Shown piece after piece: positions 46,953-57,585 of a DNA stretch of 64,000 nt. The translations under genes were made by a program, and so were the position numbers. This DNA is from Pseudomonadota bacterium. GTDB taxonomy: Bacteria > Pseudomonadota > Gammaproteobacteria > Burkholderiales > JABEVD01. Where the stretch lies: positions 3,528-67,527 of the forward strand of contig JAKBJU010000011.1 in the NCBI GenBank assembly GCA_021835845.1. The letters run 5' to 3'. The notes under the pieces were generated by a model. That model worked only from the letters and a program-made list of their open reading frames with translations, was not told the origin of the DNA and did no database searches. Position 1 is the first letter of the stretch. Every line of letters begins with the position of its first letter.

Positions 46953-47346
46953 GCTTGACTGCAATCAGGAAATGCTCTGCCCCCGCCTGCCTTGCCCGCA
47001 GCATGGCCTGAACCACCAGCCCGTTCTGGGCATCCGTATCCCCGGAAATAATGATGCTGGAATCAGGCTTCTTCAGCATCGATGCCAGCACCTTCTGCAT
47101 CGAATCCAGCGTGACCGGGGTCTTGTCCAGAAAGATCTTCCCATCCTTCGTCACGGTGAGCGTCACCGGGGTCTTGGGCTGCATGGGAGCTGCCGATCCC
47201 TTGGGCAGATTGACGGGAAGGGAATGCAGGTTCTGCATCGAAAGGGAAGCCAGCATGAACGTGACCAGCAGAAAGAACATCACGTCGATCATGGGAATGA
47301 TCTCGATGCGTCCTCGCCTCACTGCGCGACTCTTACGCAGCTTCAC
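46942..47346 (-). CDS. exbD: ExbD/TolR
   Basis: IEIIPMIDVMFFLLVTFM, VNLP. Confidence 0.92.
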   Translation of the reverse strand: MKLRKSRAVRRGRIEIIPMIDVMFFLLVTFMLASLSMQNLHSLPVNLPKGSAAPMQPKTPVTLTVTKDGKIFLDKTPVTLDSMQKVLASMLKKPDSSIIISGDTDAQNGLVVQAMLRARQAGAEHFLIAVKHAE

Positions 47347-47980
47347 TGCCTGCTCCTTCCTGGTCCATCCTGATATGGTCGATCAACCGGGTTCCCAATC
47401 TTTCCATTTCATCCAGCGTCTGAGATTGCAGGCGCGAGAAGAAATTGAAGGCGAACAGGCTGATGAGCGCGATGAAAAGGCCGAGCGCGGTGGCGATCAG
47501 CGCCTGGGCCACCCCCGCGGTAACTCCGGTCGGATCGACCAGCCCCGCACCGCCGATCAGCTTGAAGGCATGCATCATGCCGGTGATGGTGCCGAGCAGT
47601 CCCAGGAGGGGCGCTGCGGTCACCACGGTTTCAAGCACCCACAACCCCCTGCTCATCGATTTTTCTATCTGCTGCGCCTCGTCGGCTGCACGGGATTCGA
47701 CCCACCATGCCGGTTTTGCGCGATTTTCCAGAATCGGCCTGAAAAAGCGTCCGAAATAATGGCGCTCTTCGAGCGACTTGACCTGCTTCTCAAGCTCGCC
47801 CCACGAAAAGCCATAGGTTTCGACAAGCTCAAGCAGCGGCGCCTGGATGCGCACATACCTCACGTAAACATAGGCCTTGTCGATCATGATGTAGAGCGCG
47901 ATCACGCCCAGAGCCAGGAGAGGATAGATCATCACCCCTCCGAAACGTATTGCCTCCCAAGCCTCGTTCAATCCCTGCAT
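47333..47980 (-). CDS. exbB: ExbB/MotA/TolQ-family proton channel
   Basis: APLLGLLGTITGM, GVAQALIATALGL. Confidence 0.92.
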   Translation of the reverse strand: MQGLNEAWEAIRFGGVMIYPLLALGVIALYIMIDKAYVYVRYVRIQAPLLELVETYGFSWGELEKQVKSLEERHYFGRFFRPILENRAKPAWWVESRAADEAQQIEKSMSRGLWVLETVVTAAPLLGLLGTITGMMHAFKLIGGAGLVDPTGVTAGVAQALIATALGLFIALISLFAFNFFSRLQSQTLDEMERLGTRLIDHIRMDQEGAGSEAA

Positions 47981-48000
47981 GTTCAACCTCCAAAAATTAA

Positions 48001-50313
48001 TCAAAAGCCCTTGCTCAATCCCACGTAGAACGCTCTCGTCGGACCGTACTGCGGCGCGCCGACTCCTATTCCCGATCCATCCCTGATCTCGTAAATCTGG
48101 TTGAGCAGATTGATCACGCTCACCCTTCCCTCCACCTGTCCGAGTTGGGGCAGATAGAGCTTTCTCGTCACTCCCAGATTCACCTGAACGTAGCCCGGCA
48201 TGCTGGCAGTGTTGGCGAACCCTCTGCGCAATCCGCTGCCGAGCAAGGCATCCATGCTGTAACTCGTGCCATGCCAAAGATAGGACCAGCCTGTCGATGC
48301 GGTATAAGTCTGATCGTGATCCAGATGCACCCAGTTGTTGGAGATATAGGCAAGTTCCTGCGCGGAAAAATTGTATTGCCCCGATACGATGTTCCTGCCC
48401 AGCGCCCTGGATGCGGCAAAATTCAGGTAGGAAGAGAAGTTGTCTTTCTTGTAGTTTCCGGTCACTTCCAGGCCGTAAATCTTGCCCTGCTGATAGTTGA
48501 ATGGCGAATAGATGAGCGACTGCCCGAACTGCCCTTCGTCCAGAAGATCCTGGACCAGTCGCAAATAGCTGTCGAGGCCGATGTTGAGCTCGGGAGTGAA
48601 CTGATGCGTCACGCCGGCATCGAAATAATGGCTGCGCTCGGGCAGCACATTGGTATTCACGTCGGTAGGCAAGGCATTGGTCGTGCCCTGGAATTTCGCT
48701 ATGCTGGTGGGAGCGATCAGTTCCGTCGCCGGAGGGGTGAAATAGCGCGCGTAGCCAGCGTGAAAAGCCGTGTCTCTGGTCGCCTGATAAACGAGCCCAA
48801 GCCGCGGACTCAGCTGGCTCGCATTCACATAGGCATTCATCACGTCGAACCGGGCACCGTAATTGACCGTCAGCTTCTTCATCGGATGCCATTCATCCTG
48901 CAGGTAAATGCCGTATAGCCAGGCGGCTTTCGTGTAATTGTCGACGATAGTGAAGGGAGTGCTGCTGGTCTGGTTGCCAAAAGCATCAGCCGGAAAAACG
49001 GCGGAAGTATTGTTGGATACCGCATATTCCTCGCTGGTGAACAACCCGGCATGCAAGGTATGCGCATCATTCAGGCGATAGCTCCCGTCCCCCTGCAAAC
49101 CATTTGCGAGATTGCTCCTCAGAATAGTGGAAGCAACGCCATTGTAGATCAGATCGCCGTAAGGATCGGGCGTATAGGCCACGCTCGAATAGCGCCTGAA
49201 AACCGAAAGCTGGTAGTCCGTCCTGGGGCCTCCTGTTCCCTTCAGTGCAAGAATGCCGTAGCGGTTGGTTTCTGTCTGGTTATCGTTGATATTGGCAGAA
49301 GGATAATCCGGCATTCCGGCAAGGGCATAATTCTGGGGCAGGTTCGGCGTATTGGGAATCTGGAACTGGCTTTGAGAGCTGCCCAGAATCAGGTTGACGC
49401 TCGTGGTCGGATTCATCAGATAGGAAAAATAGCCGAATCCTTTCAACTGCGTCGTCCTGTCATGAAGCGGATTCGCTCCAGGCGTGGGAGACTGGATGCC
49501 AAGGTTGTCCTGCAGGAAGGAGCCGCTCATGTAGTAATTGAACTTGCCTTCCGACCCGCCATACTGAATCGAGGGCTCGAAAGTGTTGTGGCTGCCGCCG
49601 TAAAAGTCCAGGGTCCCTCCCTTCTGGAATGCGCCGCTCTTGGTATGGATATCGACCACGCCCGCAGTCCGGTAGCCGTACTGCGAAGGCAGCACCCCGG
49701 TCAGGAGATCGAGCCTTTCGGCAAAGCGCGTATCCAGATTCTGCCCGAAGCCGCTGATGCCCTGCGGGAGCATGATGCCATTGATCCGGTACTGGAGATC
49801 GCCATGATCTCCCCTCACATGGATCTGGCCGAAAGAATCCTGGACCACCCCTGGCGCGCGCAGCAGCACTTCATTGAGCGGGGTGTTCTCGCCCTGGGGC
49901 ATCGCCTTGATTGCCGCCTGATCCAGGCGATAGACGCTGCTGCCATCTTGGGCAGCATTTTGCGGGCGGTGAATTCGCGCGGCGACCACGTTCATCTCCA
50001 GCGCATGGTGTGCAGCCAAAGTGATCGTTGCCGTCGCCGGTTTTCCGGCGCCCACCGTGACCACGGCCATCCCGACCGTGAAACCCGGCTTTTTCGCCAG
50101 GATCGCATATATCCCCGGAGGCACATTGGGAAAAACGAAATGCCCGTCCTTCGAGCTTTTGGCATGGGAAATCGTTTTGCCCTGCGCATTCTGCAAATCG
50201 AGCTTCGCAGCAGGAACGGCCCTGCCCAATGCATCCTTCACTTTGCCCTGAACTTCGATCGCCTGGGCGGCAATCGGGACCATCAGTCCAGCCAGCAAGA
50301 AAACCCTTTTCAT
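48001..50313 (-). CDS. TonB-dependent outer-membrane receptor with N-terminal carboxypeptidase-regulatory-like domain
   Basis: Signal peptide, G.VKD..G, PGVVQDS.GQIHVRGDH plug, SPRLG, C-terminal F. Confidence 0.92.
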   Translation of the reverse strand: MKRVFLLAGLMVPIAAQAIEVQGKVKDALGRAVPAAKLDLQNAQGKTISHAKSSKDGHFVFPNVPPGIYAILAKKPGFTVGMAVVTVGAGKPATATITLAAHHALEMNVVAARIHRPQNAAQDGSSVYRLDQAAIKAMPQGENTPLNEVLLRAPGVVQDSFGQIHVRGDHGDLQYRINGIMLPQGISGFGQNLDTRFAERLDLLTGVLPSQYGYRTAGVVDIHTKSGAFQKGGTLDFYGGSHNTFEPSIQYGGSEGKFNYYMSGSFLQDNLGIQSPTPGANPLHDRTTQLKGFGYFSYLMNPTTSVNLILGSSQSQFQIPNTPNLPQNYALAGMPDYPSANINDNQTETNRYGILALKGTGGPRTDYQLSVFRRYSSVAYTPDPYGDLIYNGVASTILRSNLANGLQGDGSYRLNDAHTLHAGLFTSEEYAVSNNTSAVFPADAFGNQTSSTPFTIVDNYTKAAWLYGIYLQDEWHPMKKLTVNYGARFDVMNAYVNASQLSPRLGLVYQATRDTAFHAGYARYFTPPATELIAPTSIAKFQGTTNALPTDVNTNVLPERSHYFDAGVTHQFTPELNIGLDSYLRLVQDLLDEGQFGQSLIYSPFNYQQGKIYGLEVTGNYKKDNFSSYLNFAASRALGRNIVSGQYNFSAQELAYISNNWVHLDHDQTYTASTGWSYLWHGTSYSMDALLGSGLRRGFANTASMPGYVQVNLGVTRKLYLPQLGQVEGRVSVINLLNQIYEIRDGSGIGVGAPQYGPTRAFYVGLSKGF

Positions 50314-50401
50314 TGCTTTCTCTCCCGGAAATTCCAACACCGCCCGTGTCAAGTCTTGCAACGGGCTTACCGTTCCCTCACGGGAAGCGGAAATGGATCA
50401 G

Positions 50402-50674
50402 TCAGGAGAATGCGGGGGGAGAACGCGAGCGCGGACGAAGCGCGCCGCGATCGAACAGACAGGATACTCCGGCCAGGGAAACCAGAAAAAGCAGCGCCGG
50501 AGAGAATGCCGGAGCGCGCAAAGGCTGAACCGACGCATGCGCGGCAGAATGCGCTGCGACATGGCATACCGCGCAGGCCATTTCGTCGGCATCCTTGACA
50601 TGATGATGCGCAATCTCGATGCTGTACAAGCCCAGGAAGCACAACAATGCCGAGAACAGAAATAGCCTTTTCAT
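50402..50674 (-). CDS. DUF2946/CruR-like metal-sensing leader protein
   Basis: N-terminal hydrophobic helix, HHH, CAVC, C-terminal PRSRSPP; first gene ahead of the TonB receptor. Confidence 0.75.
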   Translation of the reverse strand: MKRLFLFSALLCFLGLYSIEIAHHHVKDADEMACAVCHVAAHSAAHASVQPLRAPAFSPALLFLVSLAGVSCLFDRGALRPRSRSPPAFS

Positions 50675-50720
50675 TTTTCCATTCTGCTGTGGATTCCCGT
50701 CCCGGTCAAGAGACAGGCCC

Positions 50721-51308
50721 TCACCGGGCCTCCAGGATGCGCTCGACATATCTCGCCAGCATGTCGGCTTCGAGATTCACCCGGCTTCCCGGAACAAGAT
50801 GCTTGAGATTCGTCATCGACAGGGTATGCGGTATCAGGTTGATGTGGAAGATGTCGCCTTCGACGGCATTGACGGTGAGGCTCACGCCGTTCACCGTGAC
50901 CGATCCCTTGGTCGCGATGAATTTCGAAACCGGTTTCGGAGAGCGTATGGCAAGATGCATGCACTCGCCTGCCTGATCGAAGGAAACCACTTCTCCGACA
51001 CCGTCCACATGGCCGCTGACGAGGTGCCCGCCCAGCCTGTCGGACAGCCGCAGCGCCTTCTCCAGATTCACTTCGCTTCCCGCATCCAGCGCGCAGGTGC
51101 AGTCCAGGGTTTCCCTGGACACGTCGACATGGAAAACATTGCCGTCAATCGCCACCACCGTGAGACAGACGCCGCTGACCGCTATGCTGTCTCCGAGCAG
51201 GACATCCGAAAGGCCGAGGCTTCCCGCCTCGATCGCAAGGCGCAATCCCTCGTCCGCCGGTTCTGCCCTGACGACTTTCCCGACAGATGCCACAATACCG
51301 CTAAACAT
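50721..51308 (-). CDS. ribE: Riboflavin synthase (alpha chain)
   Basis: MFSGIV, GDSIAVSGVCLT, VNLEKAL, GGHLVSGHVD. Confidence 0.96.
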   Translation of the reverse strand: MFSGIVASVGKVVRAEPADEGLRLAIEAGSLGLSDVLLGDSIAVSGVCLTVVAIDGNVFHVDVSRETLDCTCALDAGSEVNLEKALRLSDRLGGHLVSGHVDGVGEVVSFDQAGECMHLAIRSPKPVSKFIATKGSVTVNGVSLTVNAVEGDIFHINLIPHTLSMTNLKHLVPGSRVNLEADMLARYVERILEAR

Positions 51309-52389
51309 CAATCCTCCCGATGATCCGCAAATCCTTCCCCACCATTCTGACATCCCTGATTTTCAGTTCGAACCTGTCTGCCATTTTTTCGAGTTCGGGG
51401 AAGTCGAACATGCCTCTCGCGCGATTTCCGATGAGATGCGGTGCAAGATAGAAGACGACCTCGTCGACAAGCCCCGCTTCCAGCATGGCTCCGTTGACTC
51501 CTTCTCCCGCTTCCACCAGCAGTTCGTTGATTCCCCGCTTCCCCAGTTCGGCCAGCAGCCCCGCGATATCGACGCGCCCCTTGCCGTCGGGAAGATGAGC
51601 CACCTCGACGCCCATCGCCTCCAGCCGTCGGATTTCTTGCGCATCTTCGCTGGCTGTCGCAACGAGCACCTTGCCGCCCAGCAATTTCGCATGGGACGGG
51701 AGCCTGAGTTCGCTGTCCAGAACGACGATCATCGGCTGCCTGGAAGTTTCGACAGCCCTCACAGTCAATTTCGGGTCGTCCGCAAGAACGGTGCCGATTC
51801 CAGTGAGCAGGGCGCAGGAACGCGCCCGCAGCCTGTGACCGTCGCGCCTTGCAGCTTCCCCCGTAATCCACTGGCTGGTCCCGTTTCGAAGCGCCGTTTT
51901 TCCGTCCAGGCTGGCCGCGATCTTGAGCCTCACCCAGGGTCTTCCGCGCGTCATTCTGGAGACGAATCCGGGGTTGAGTTCCACGGCTTCGGCCTCCAGA
52001 AGGCCGCATTCGACCTGGATGCCCGCCTTTTCCAGGCGCTCTATCCCGCGTCCCGCGACGAGCGGATTGGGATCCTTCATCCCGATCGCGACCCGGGAAA
52101 TGCCCGCATCGACAATCGCGTCCGCGCAAGGGGGCGTCCTGCCGAAGTGGCTGCAGGGTTCGAGCGTCACATAAAGGGTCGAACCTCTCGCCGACTCGCC
52201 TGCGCCAGCCAGCGCATTGATCTCGGCATGCGCCATCCCCGCCTTTTCATGCCAGCCCTCCCCGACTATTCTTCCATCCTTCACGAGCACCGAACCCACC
52301 CTGGGGTTGGGAGTCGCGGTATACAGCCCCCGTTCGGCAAGACGCAGCGCCTTAGCCATATACAGGCGATCCTGGGAGGAGAACATCAA
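51301..52389 (-). CDS. ribD: Riboflavin biosynthesis deaminase/reductase
   Basis: [35 protein letters not shown]. Confidence 0.97.
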   Translation of the reverse strand: MMFSSQDRLYMAKALRLAERGLYTATPNPRVGSVLVKDGRIVGEGWHEKAGMAHAEINALAGAGESARGSTLYVTLEPCSHFGRTPPCADAIVDAGISRVAIGMKDPNPLVAGRGIERLEKAGIQVECGLLEAEAVELNPGFVSRMTRGRPWVRLKIAASLDGKTALRNGTSQWITGEAARRDGHRLRARSCALLTGIGTVLADDPKLTVRAVETSRQPMIVVLDSELRLPSHAKLLGGKVLVATASEDAQEIRRLEAMGVEVAHLPDGKGRVDIAGLLAELGKRGINELLVEAGEGVNGAMLEAGLVDEVVFYLAPHLIGNRARGMFDFPELEKMADRFELKIRDVRMVGKDLRIIGRIDV

Positions 52390-52859
52390 TCGCTCTTGCG
52401 CAGGGTTTTGGGCTTCTCGACTTCCCGGATCGCCGCCCTGAAATCCTCGACATCCTCGAAGCTTCGGTAAACCGATGCGAAGCGGATATAAGCCACCTTG
52501 TCCAGCTTGTAAAGTTCCGCCATCACCATCTCCCCCACCTGGCGCGAGGAAATTTCGCGCTCCCCAAGGCTCAACACTTTCTGCACGATGCGGTCTATCG
52601 CCTCGTCCACCAGCGGAGTCGGCACGGGCCGCTTGTGCAGCGCCCGGGCGAATCCGGTGCGCAATCTTTCCCTGTCGAATTCGGCACGATTCCCGTTCTG
52701 CTTGACCACCTGCGGCATCATCAGATCCGCGGTCTCGTAAGTGGTGAAACGCTTCTGGCAGACCTGGCAGCGGCGCCTGCGACGAATGCTGTTGCCTTCC
52801 TCGCTGACGCGCGAATCCATCACACTCGTGTCATTGGCGCCGCAAAACGGGCATTTCAT
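52386..52859 (-). CDS. nrdR: Transcriptional repressor NrdR
   Basis: [30 protein letters not shown]. Confidence 0.98.
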   Translation of the reverse strand: MKCPFCGANDTSVMDSRVSEEGNSIRRRRRCQVCQKRFTTYETADLMMPQVVKQNGNRAEFDRERLRTGFARALHKRPVPTPLVDEAIDRIVQKVLSLGEREISSRQVGEMVMAELYKLDKVAYIRFASVYRSFEDVEDFRAAIREVEKPKTLRKSD

Positions 52860-52862
52860 GGC

Positions 52863-54110
52863 TTATCCGTAAACCGGAAAGCGTTGGCAAAGGGCCTCGA
52901 CTGCGGCAGCAACCCGCCCGATCACGGCGTCGTCCCCCGGCGCATCGAGAACGTCGGCGATCAGGTTGCCGAGCTGATCTGCCTCGATCTCCCTGAAGCC
53001 GCGCGTGGTGATGGCGGGAGATCCGATGCGGATTCCGCTCGTCACGAAAGGCTTCTGCGGATCGTTCGGGATCGCATTCTTGTTGACCGTGATATGGGCG
53101 CGCCCGAGCGCAGCTTCCGCATCCTTGCCGGTGATGTGCTTGGCCTGGAGGTCGACCAGGAAAAGATGGCTGTCGGTGCGCCCGGAAACGATCCTGAGGC
53201 CCCGCTCCTGCAGCACCTTGGCCATGACGCGCGCATTGTCGATCACGAGTTCCTGGTATTCCCTGAACTCGCGCGTGCCGGCTTCCTTCAGCGCCACGGC
53301 CTTGCCCGCGATCACATGCATCAGGGGACCGCCCTGGATGCCGGGAAAGATGCTGGAATTGATCGCCTTCTCATGTTCCGCCTTCGCCAGAATCAATCCT
53401 CCTCTGGGTCCCCGCAAGGTCTTGTGGGTGGTGGTGGTCACGAAATCCGCGATGCCTACGGGACTCGGGTAGAGCCCGGCAGCGATCAGCCCTGCATAAT
53501 GGGCCATGTCCACGAAAAGCCATGCGCCCACGCTGTCGGCGATATGCCGGAAACGCTTCCAGTCGATGACGAGAGAATAGGCGGATGCTCCGGCAACGAT
53601 CATTCTCGGCTTATGCTCATGGGCCAGCCGCTCCACTTCGTCGTAGTCGATTTCCTCGGTATCGGGATGGAGCCCATAGGTCACGGCATGATAAATCTTT
53701 CCGCTGAAGTTGACCGATGCGCCATGGGTCAGATGACCGCCGTGGGCGAGGGACATGCCGAGAACCGTATCCCCGGGCTTGAGCATCGCCATGTAAACGG
53801 CGGCATTCGCCTGGGAACCCGAATGCGGCTGGACATTGGCATATTCGGCATGGAACAGGGATTTCGCGCGATCGATCGCGAGCTGCTCGACGATATCCAC
53901 ATATTCGCAACCGCCGTAATAGCGCTTGCCGGGATAGCCTTCGGCATATTTGTTGGTCAGCACCGACCCTTGCGCTTCCAGCACGCGCGGGCTGGTATAG
54001 TTTTCGGAAGCGATGAGCTCGATGTGGTCTTCCTGGCGCCTCGATTCCGACTCCATGGCCGTCCACAATTCCGGATCGAACCCCGCGATGGTTTGGTTTG
54101 CTGAGAACAT
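52863..54110 (-). CDS. glyA: Serine hydroxymethyltransferase
   Basis: [45 protein letters not shown]. Confidence 0.98.
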   Translation of the reverse strand: MFSANQTIAGFDPELWTAMESESRRQEDHIELIASENYTSPRVLEAQGSVLTNKYAEGYPGKRYYGGCEYVDIVEQLAIDRAKSLFHAEYANVQPHSGSQANAAVYMAMLKPGDTVLGMSLAHGGHLTHGASVNFSGKIYHAVTYGLHPDTEEIDYDEVERLAHEHKPRMIVAGASAYSLVIDWKRFRHIADSVGAWLFVDMAHYAGLIAAGLYPSPVGIADFVTTTTHKTLRGPRGGLILAKAEHEKAINSSIFPGIQGGPLMHVIAGKAVALKEAGTREFREYQELVIDNARVMAKVLQERGLRIVSGRTDSHLFLVDLQAKHITGKDAEAALGRAHITVNKNAIPNDPQKPFVTSGIRIGSPAITTRGFREIEADQLGNLIADVLDAPGDDAVIGRVAAAVEALCQRFPVYG

Positions 54111-54201
54111 GGCTTTCCCGATCAAAAAAACGCAATTTTATCACGATTGACGGGGGAGTATCGTGGCGAAACGCCCCGCTTCCCGATGCGAATCGCAGCC
54201 T

Positions 54202-55857
54202 TCAGGACGCCGTCATCACGACCATCCTCGAAGCGCGATGCAGCCCGCTCAGAATCGCCCTGAAGGATGCAGTGACGATATTGGCATCGATCCCGATGCC
54301 GTGCAGCGTGTCCCCCTTCCCGACGCGCATTTCGATGTAGGCGACGGCCCTGGCGTTCGCCCCGCTCCCGATGGCATGCTCATGATAATCGAGCACCCTG
54401 ATGTCTTCGTCGAGCGCCCTGACGAATGCATCTATCGGCCCGTTCCCGACACCCCTTATCCGCCTGACATTGCCGGCCTCCTCGATTTCAGCGTGAATTT
54501 CAACGCCCCCTTCGTTTTCGATCAGGTGGTGCTCGACGTGGCGGCAGCCTGCGAGGTATTCCGTCTCGAGTATGGCGTAAAGCGCCTGCGCATCCATCTC
54601 GCATCCCTTCTCGTCCATCTCCTTTTGCACCACCTGGGAGAACTCGATCTGCAGCCTTCTCGGCATCGCAAGGCCGTATTCCTGCTCGAGCAGATAGGCG
54701 ATCCCGCCCTTGCCGGACTGGCTGTTGACCCGGATGATGGCGCCGTAATTTCTCCCGAGATCGGCGGGGTCGATCGGCAAATAGGGAATTTCCCAGAACC
54801 CTTCCGGCTTTCTCGCAGCGAAACCCTTCCTGATGGCATCCTGATGGGAGCCGGAAAATGCGGTGAACACGAGATCCCCTGCGTAGGGATGGCGCGGATG
54901 CACGGGAAGCTGGTTGCAGTATTCGGCGCACTGCCTGACGAGATCGATGTCCGAGAAATCGAGTCCCGGAGCGATGCCCTGAGTATAGAGATTGAGGGCA
55001 AGGGTAACGAGATCGACGTTTCCGGTGCGCTCGCCGTTTCCGAACAGGCAGCCCTCCACCCTCTCGGCCCCCGCCATCAGCGCAAGTTCGGCGGCTGCGA
55101 CAGCGCATCCCCTGTCGTTGTGCGGATGCACGGAGAGAACGATCGCATCCCGCCTGTCCAGATTGCGATGCATCCATTCGACCTGGTCCGCGTAGACATT
55201 GGGGGTGCTCATCTCGACGGTTGCCGGCAGATTCACGATCATCTTCGATTCCCTCGTCGGCTGCCATACATCCGCCACGGCATCGCAGATTGCCTTGGAA
55301 AAATCGAGCTCGGTGGCGCTGAAAGTCTCGGGGGAATACTGGAAAGTCCATTGCGTCTGCGGCATCTCCTCCGCCAGGGACCTGATCGCCGCCGCCCCGC
55401 GCACGGCAAGCCCGATCGTCCCGGCGCGGTCCAGATTGAATACGGTTCTCCTGAATGCCGGAGAAGTGGGGTTGTACAGGTGAACGATCGCACGACGCGC
55501 TCCTCGCAGGGATTCCATGGTGCGGCGGATCAATTCCTCCCTGGAAGGCGTCAGCACTTCGATGGTGACGTCATCCGGAATCCTGTCCTCCTCGATCAAC
55601 TTTCTCACGAAGTCGAAATCGGTTCTGGAAGCGGAGGGAAAGGCCACCTCGATTTGCTTGAAACCTATCCGGATCAGGGTTTCGAACATTCTGAGCTTCT
55701 TTTCCACGCCCATAGGCTCTATCAGCGCCTGATTGCCGTCCCTCAAATCGGAACTCATCCATATCGGTGCGGATGCAATCACCCTGTCAGGCCATGACCT
55801 GTCCTTCAATCCCACCGGCTGAAAAGTCCGGTATTTCTGCGACGGGTTCGTCAACAT
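54202..55857 (-). CDS. leuA: 2-isopropylmalate synthase (yeast-type LeuA)
   Basis: [44 protein letters not shown] regulatory domain. Confidence 0.96.
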   Translation of the reverse strand: MLTNPSQKYRTFQPVGLKDRSWPDRVIASAPIWMSSDLRDGNQALIEPMGVEKKLRMFETLIRIGFKQIEVAFPSASRTDFDFVRKLIEEDRIPDDVTIEVLTPSREELIRRTMESLRGARRAIVHLYNPTSPAFRRTVFNLDRAGTIGLAVRGAAAIRSLAEEMPQTQWTFQYSPETFSATELDFSKAICDAVADVWQPTRESKMIVNLPATVEMSTPNVYADQVEWMHRNLDRRDAIVLSVHPHNDRGCAVAAAELALMAGAERVEGCLFGNGERTGNVDLVTLALNLYTQGIAPGLDFSDIDLVRQCAEYCNQLPVHPRHPYAGDLVFTAFSGSHQDAIRKGFAARKPEGFWEIPYLPIDPADLGRNYGAIIRVNSQSGKGGIAYLLEQEYGLAMPRRLQIEFSQVVQKEMDEKGCEMDAQALYAILETEYLAGCRHVEHHLIENEGGVEIHAEIEEAGNVRRIRGVGNGPIDAFVRALDEDIRVLDYHEHAIGSGANARAVAYIEMRVGKGDTLHGIGIDANIVTASFRAILSGLHRASRMVVMTAS

Positions 55858-55942
55858 GCTTCACTCCCAAGTCTGAAAATGGACAACCCGGCCGACTATC
55901 GCGGCCGAAGAAAAACTGCATGGATTGGAGAAGGTTGGGAAT

Positions 55943-56017
55943 TTAGCGCGCGAGGCGCAGCAGCCCTGCCAGAAGCAGGGAGAAGGACAGAAGATATGCG
56001 GCTAAGAAATGGACCAT
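55943..56017 (-). CDS. leuA leader peptide MVHFLAAYLLSFSLLLAGLLRLAR
   Basis: 24-codon uORF with 9 Leu codons ending 85 nt upstream of leuA. Confidence 0.75.
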   Translation of the reverse strand: MVHFLAAYLLSFSLLLAGLLRLAR

Positions 56018-56047
56018 GAAGTAATCTTATAGCCTTTAAGCAAAAAG

Positions 56048-56767
56048 TCAACCCAGCCTGGATACGGTACCGTATTGCGCGGCGAGGCGCGTCCGATTCA
56101 GCGCCACCTGCGGAGGCAACTGGCCCTCTGCCTGCTGAGCCTGAGCATCGGCAGGCGGCGAGGCCGCCTGCCGGACGCTCCCCCGGAGTTCGCTTGTCGG
56201 CTGTTGCGCATTCGCTTTGACCCGGGAAGCGACCTCAGAAAAAACCCGGGCGACCTCCCCCGGATTCGAGGTCAGCGCATTTTGCAGGGCTTGAGCATCG
56301 AGCGACAAGGTGCCGTTGGACCGTCTGGCGATGCCGGTTGCGGCCAGGCCAGCGGCATTGAGCGCAGAGGCAAGCAGGCCGCTGCCTGCGCCATTCGCAT
56401 TGTAGGCGTCGACGAAAGACCGGGCGGCATGCATGACCTGGTCAATTGCAGCTGCAGCGACCGAACCGCCCGCATGAAAAGGATTGTTTCCCTGCGAGCC
56501 GTTTCCGGCACGGGATCCGCCAGTCGCATCCCCGGAATGGGCCGACCGGTCCATGCCCTGAACTGTGGAATGCAGGTAGGCCAGTGCGTTCTGAGCCTGC
56601 CCGTAAGCGGAGATCGTCGGCTGAGAATTCGCCTCGGAAAGTGCTGCGCTGGCCTGCTGATCAGCCATCCTGGGCGGAATCGCCGCTTTCGCCTGCTGGC
56701 TCGCCGGCGACGGAATCGCCTCGTCCAGATTGTTCGCAGAATATAGGCCAAGACCTGAAATGCTCAT
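56048..56767 (-). CDS. Miniature FliD (flagellar cap)-like protein
   Basis: ISAYGQ...AL, FVDAYN, GI....NGTLSLD...LQNAL..NP..V..VF; only 239 aa. Confidence 0.6.
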   Translation of the reverse strand: MSISGLGLYSANNLDEAIPSPASQQAKAAIPPRMADQQASAALSEANSQPTISAYGQAQNALAYLHSTVQGMDRSAHSGDATGGSRAGNGSQGNNPFHAGGSVAAAAIDQVMHAARSFVDAYNANGAGSGLLASALNAAGLAATGIARRSNGTLSLDAQALQNALTSNPGEVARVFSEVASRVKANAQQPTSELRGSVRQAASPPADAQAQQAEGQLPPQVALNRTRLAAQYGTVSRLG

Positions 56768-56874
56768 GATGCTCCCTGGAAATCCCGCCATCAGAAGCGG
56801 TGACTTTGCGCCCTGCCAGCCCTTTCGGAATGTCTTTTTCTACCACAATTCCCTGGAAATGTCCACCAGAACGC

Positions 56875-56901
56875 AGAATGCCCGGACAAGCCGGGCATTC
56901 T
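56875..56901 (-). terminator. Hairpin after sodB
   Basis: AGAATGCCCGG-N5-CCGGGCATTCT perfect 11-bp stem. Confidence 0.7.
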
Positions 56902-56922
56902 TGCTGCTGCGAACCGCTCGAC

Positions 56923-57507
56923 TCAGGCGAAGTTCTTCGCCACGAAATCCCAGTTGACGAGGTTGTTCAGGAAGGTTTCGACGAACTTGGGGCGAAGGTT
57001 GCGGTAATCGATATAGTAGGCATGCTCCCACACGTCGACGCAAAGCAGCGCTTTGTCGCCTGTCGTAAGCGGGGTTCCGGCAGCGCCCATGTTGACGATA
57101 TCCACTGTGCCGTCGGCCTTTTTCACGAGCCATGTCCAGCCCGAGCCGAAATTGCCCACGGCGGAAGTCTGGAAGGCCTTCTTGAATTCGTCGAAAGAAC
57201 CCCACTTTGCCTTGATTGCCGCAGCCAGAGCACCCGAAGGCTCGCCCCCGCCGTTCGGCTTCATGCAGTTCCAGAAGAAGGTGTGATTCCAGACTTGCGC
57301 CGAATTGTTGTATATGCCGCCCGCAGGCGCTTTCTTGATGATGGCCTCAAGATCGAGGTTCTCGTAATCCGTGCCCTTGATCAGGTTGTTGAGGTTCGTC
57401 ACATAAGCCTGATGATGCTTGGCGTAATGGTACTCGAAAGTCTCCTTGGACATATGGGGAGCCAGGGCATCCATTGCGTAAGGGAGCTGTGGCAAAGCGT
57501 GTTCCAT
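56923..57507 (-). CDS. sodB: Fe superoxide dismutase
   Basis: [34 protein letters not shown]. Confidence 0.96.
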   Translation of the reverse strand: MEHALPQLPYAMDALAPHMSKETFEYHYAKHHQAYVTNLNNLIKGTDYENLDLEAIIKKAPAGGIYNNSAQVWNHTFFWNCMKPNGGGEPSGALAAAIKAKWGSFDEFKKAFQTSAVGNFGSGWTWLVKKADGTVDIVNMGAAGTPLTTGDKALLCVDVWEHAYYIDYRNLRPKFVETFLNNLVNWDFVAKNFA

Positions 57508-57585
57508 TTGTTCTCCTAAATTTGTTATGGTGCCCCTATTTTAGTCAAAGTTGCGGCTTCAAACAATGTCGAGAGAAATGCTCGC

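Noticed and set aside
47981-48892. N-terminal extension of the 519-aa ORF 47333-48892
   Set aside because: Overlaps the TonB receptor in another frame; ExbB starts at 47980 after a GGAGG RBS
54111-54201. ZTP or glycine riboswitch upstream of glyA
   Set aside because: No GACTGGCG/CGCCTGGG pseudoknot motifs; an extended -10 (TGATAAAAT) lies close to the start codon, leaving no room for an aptamer
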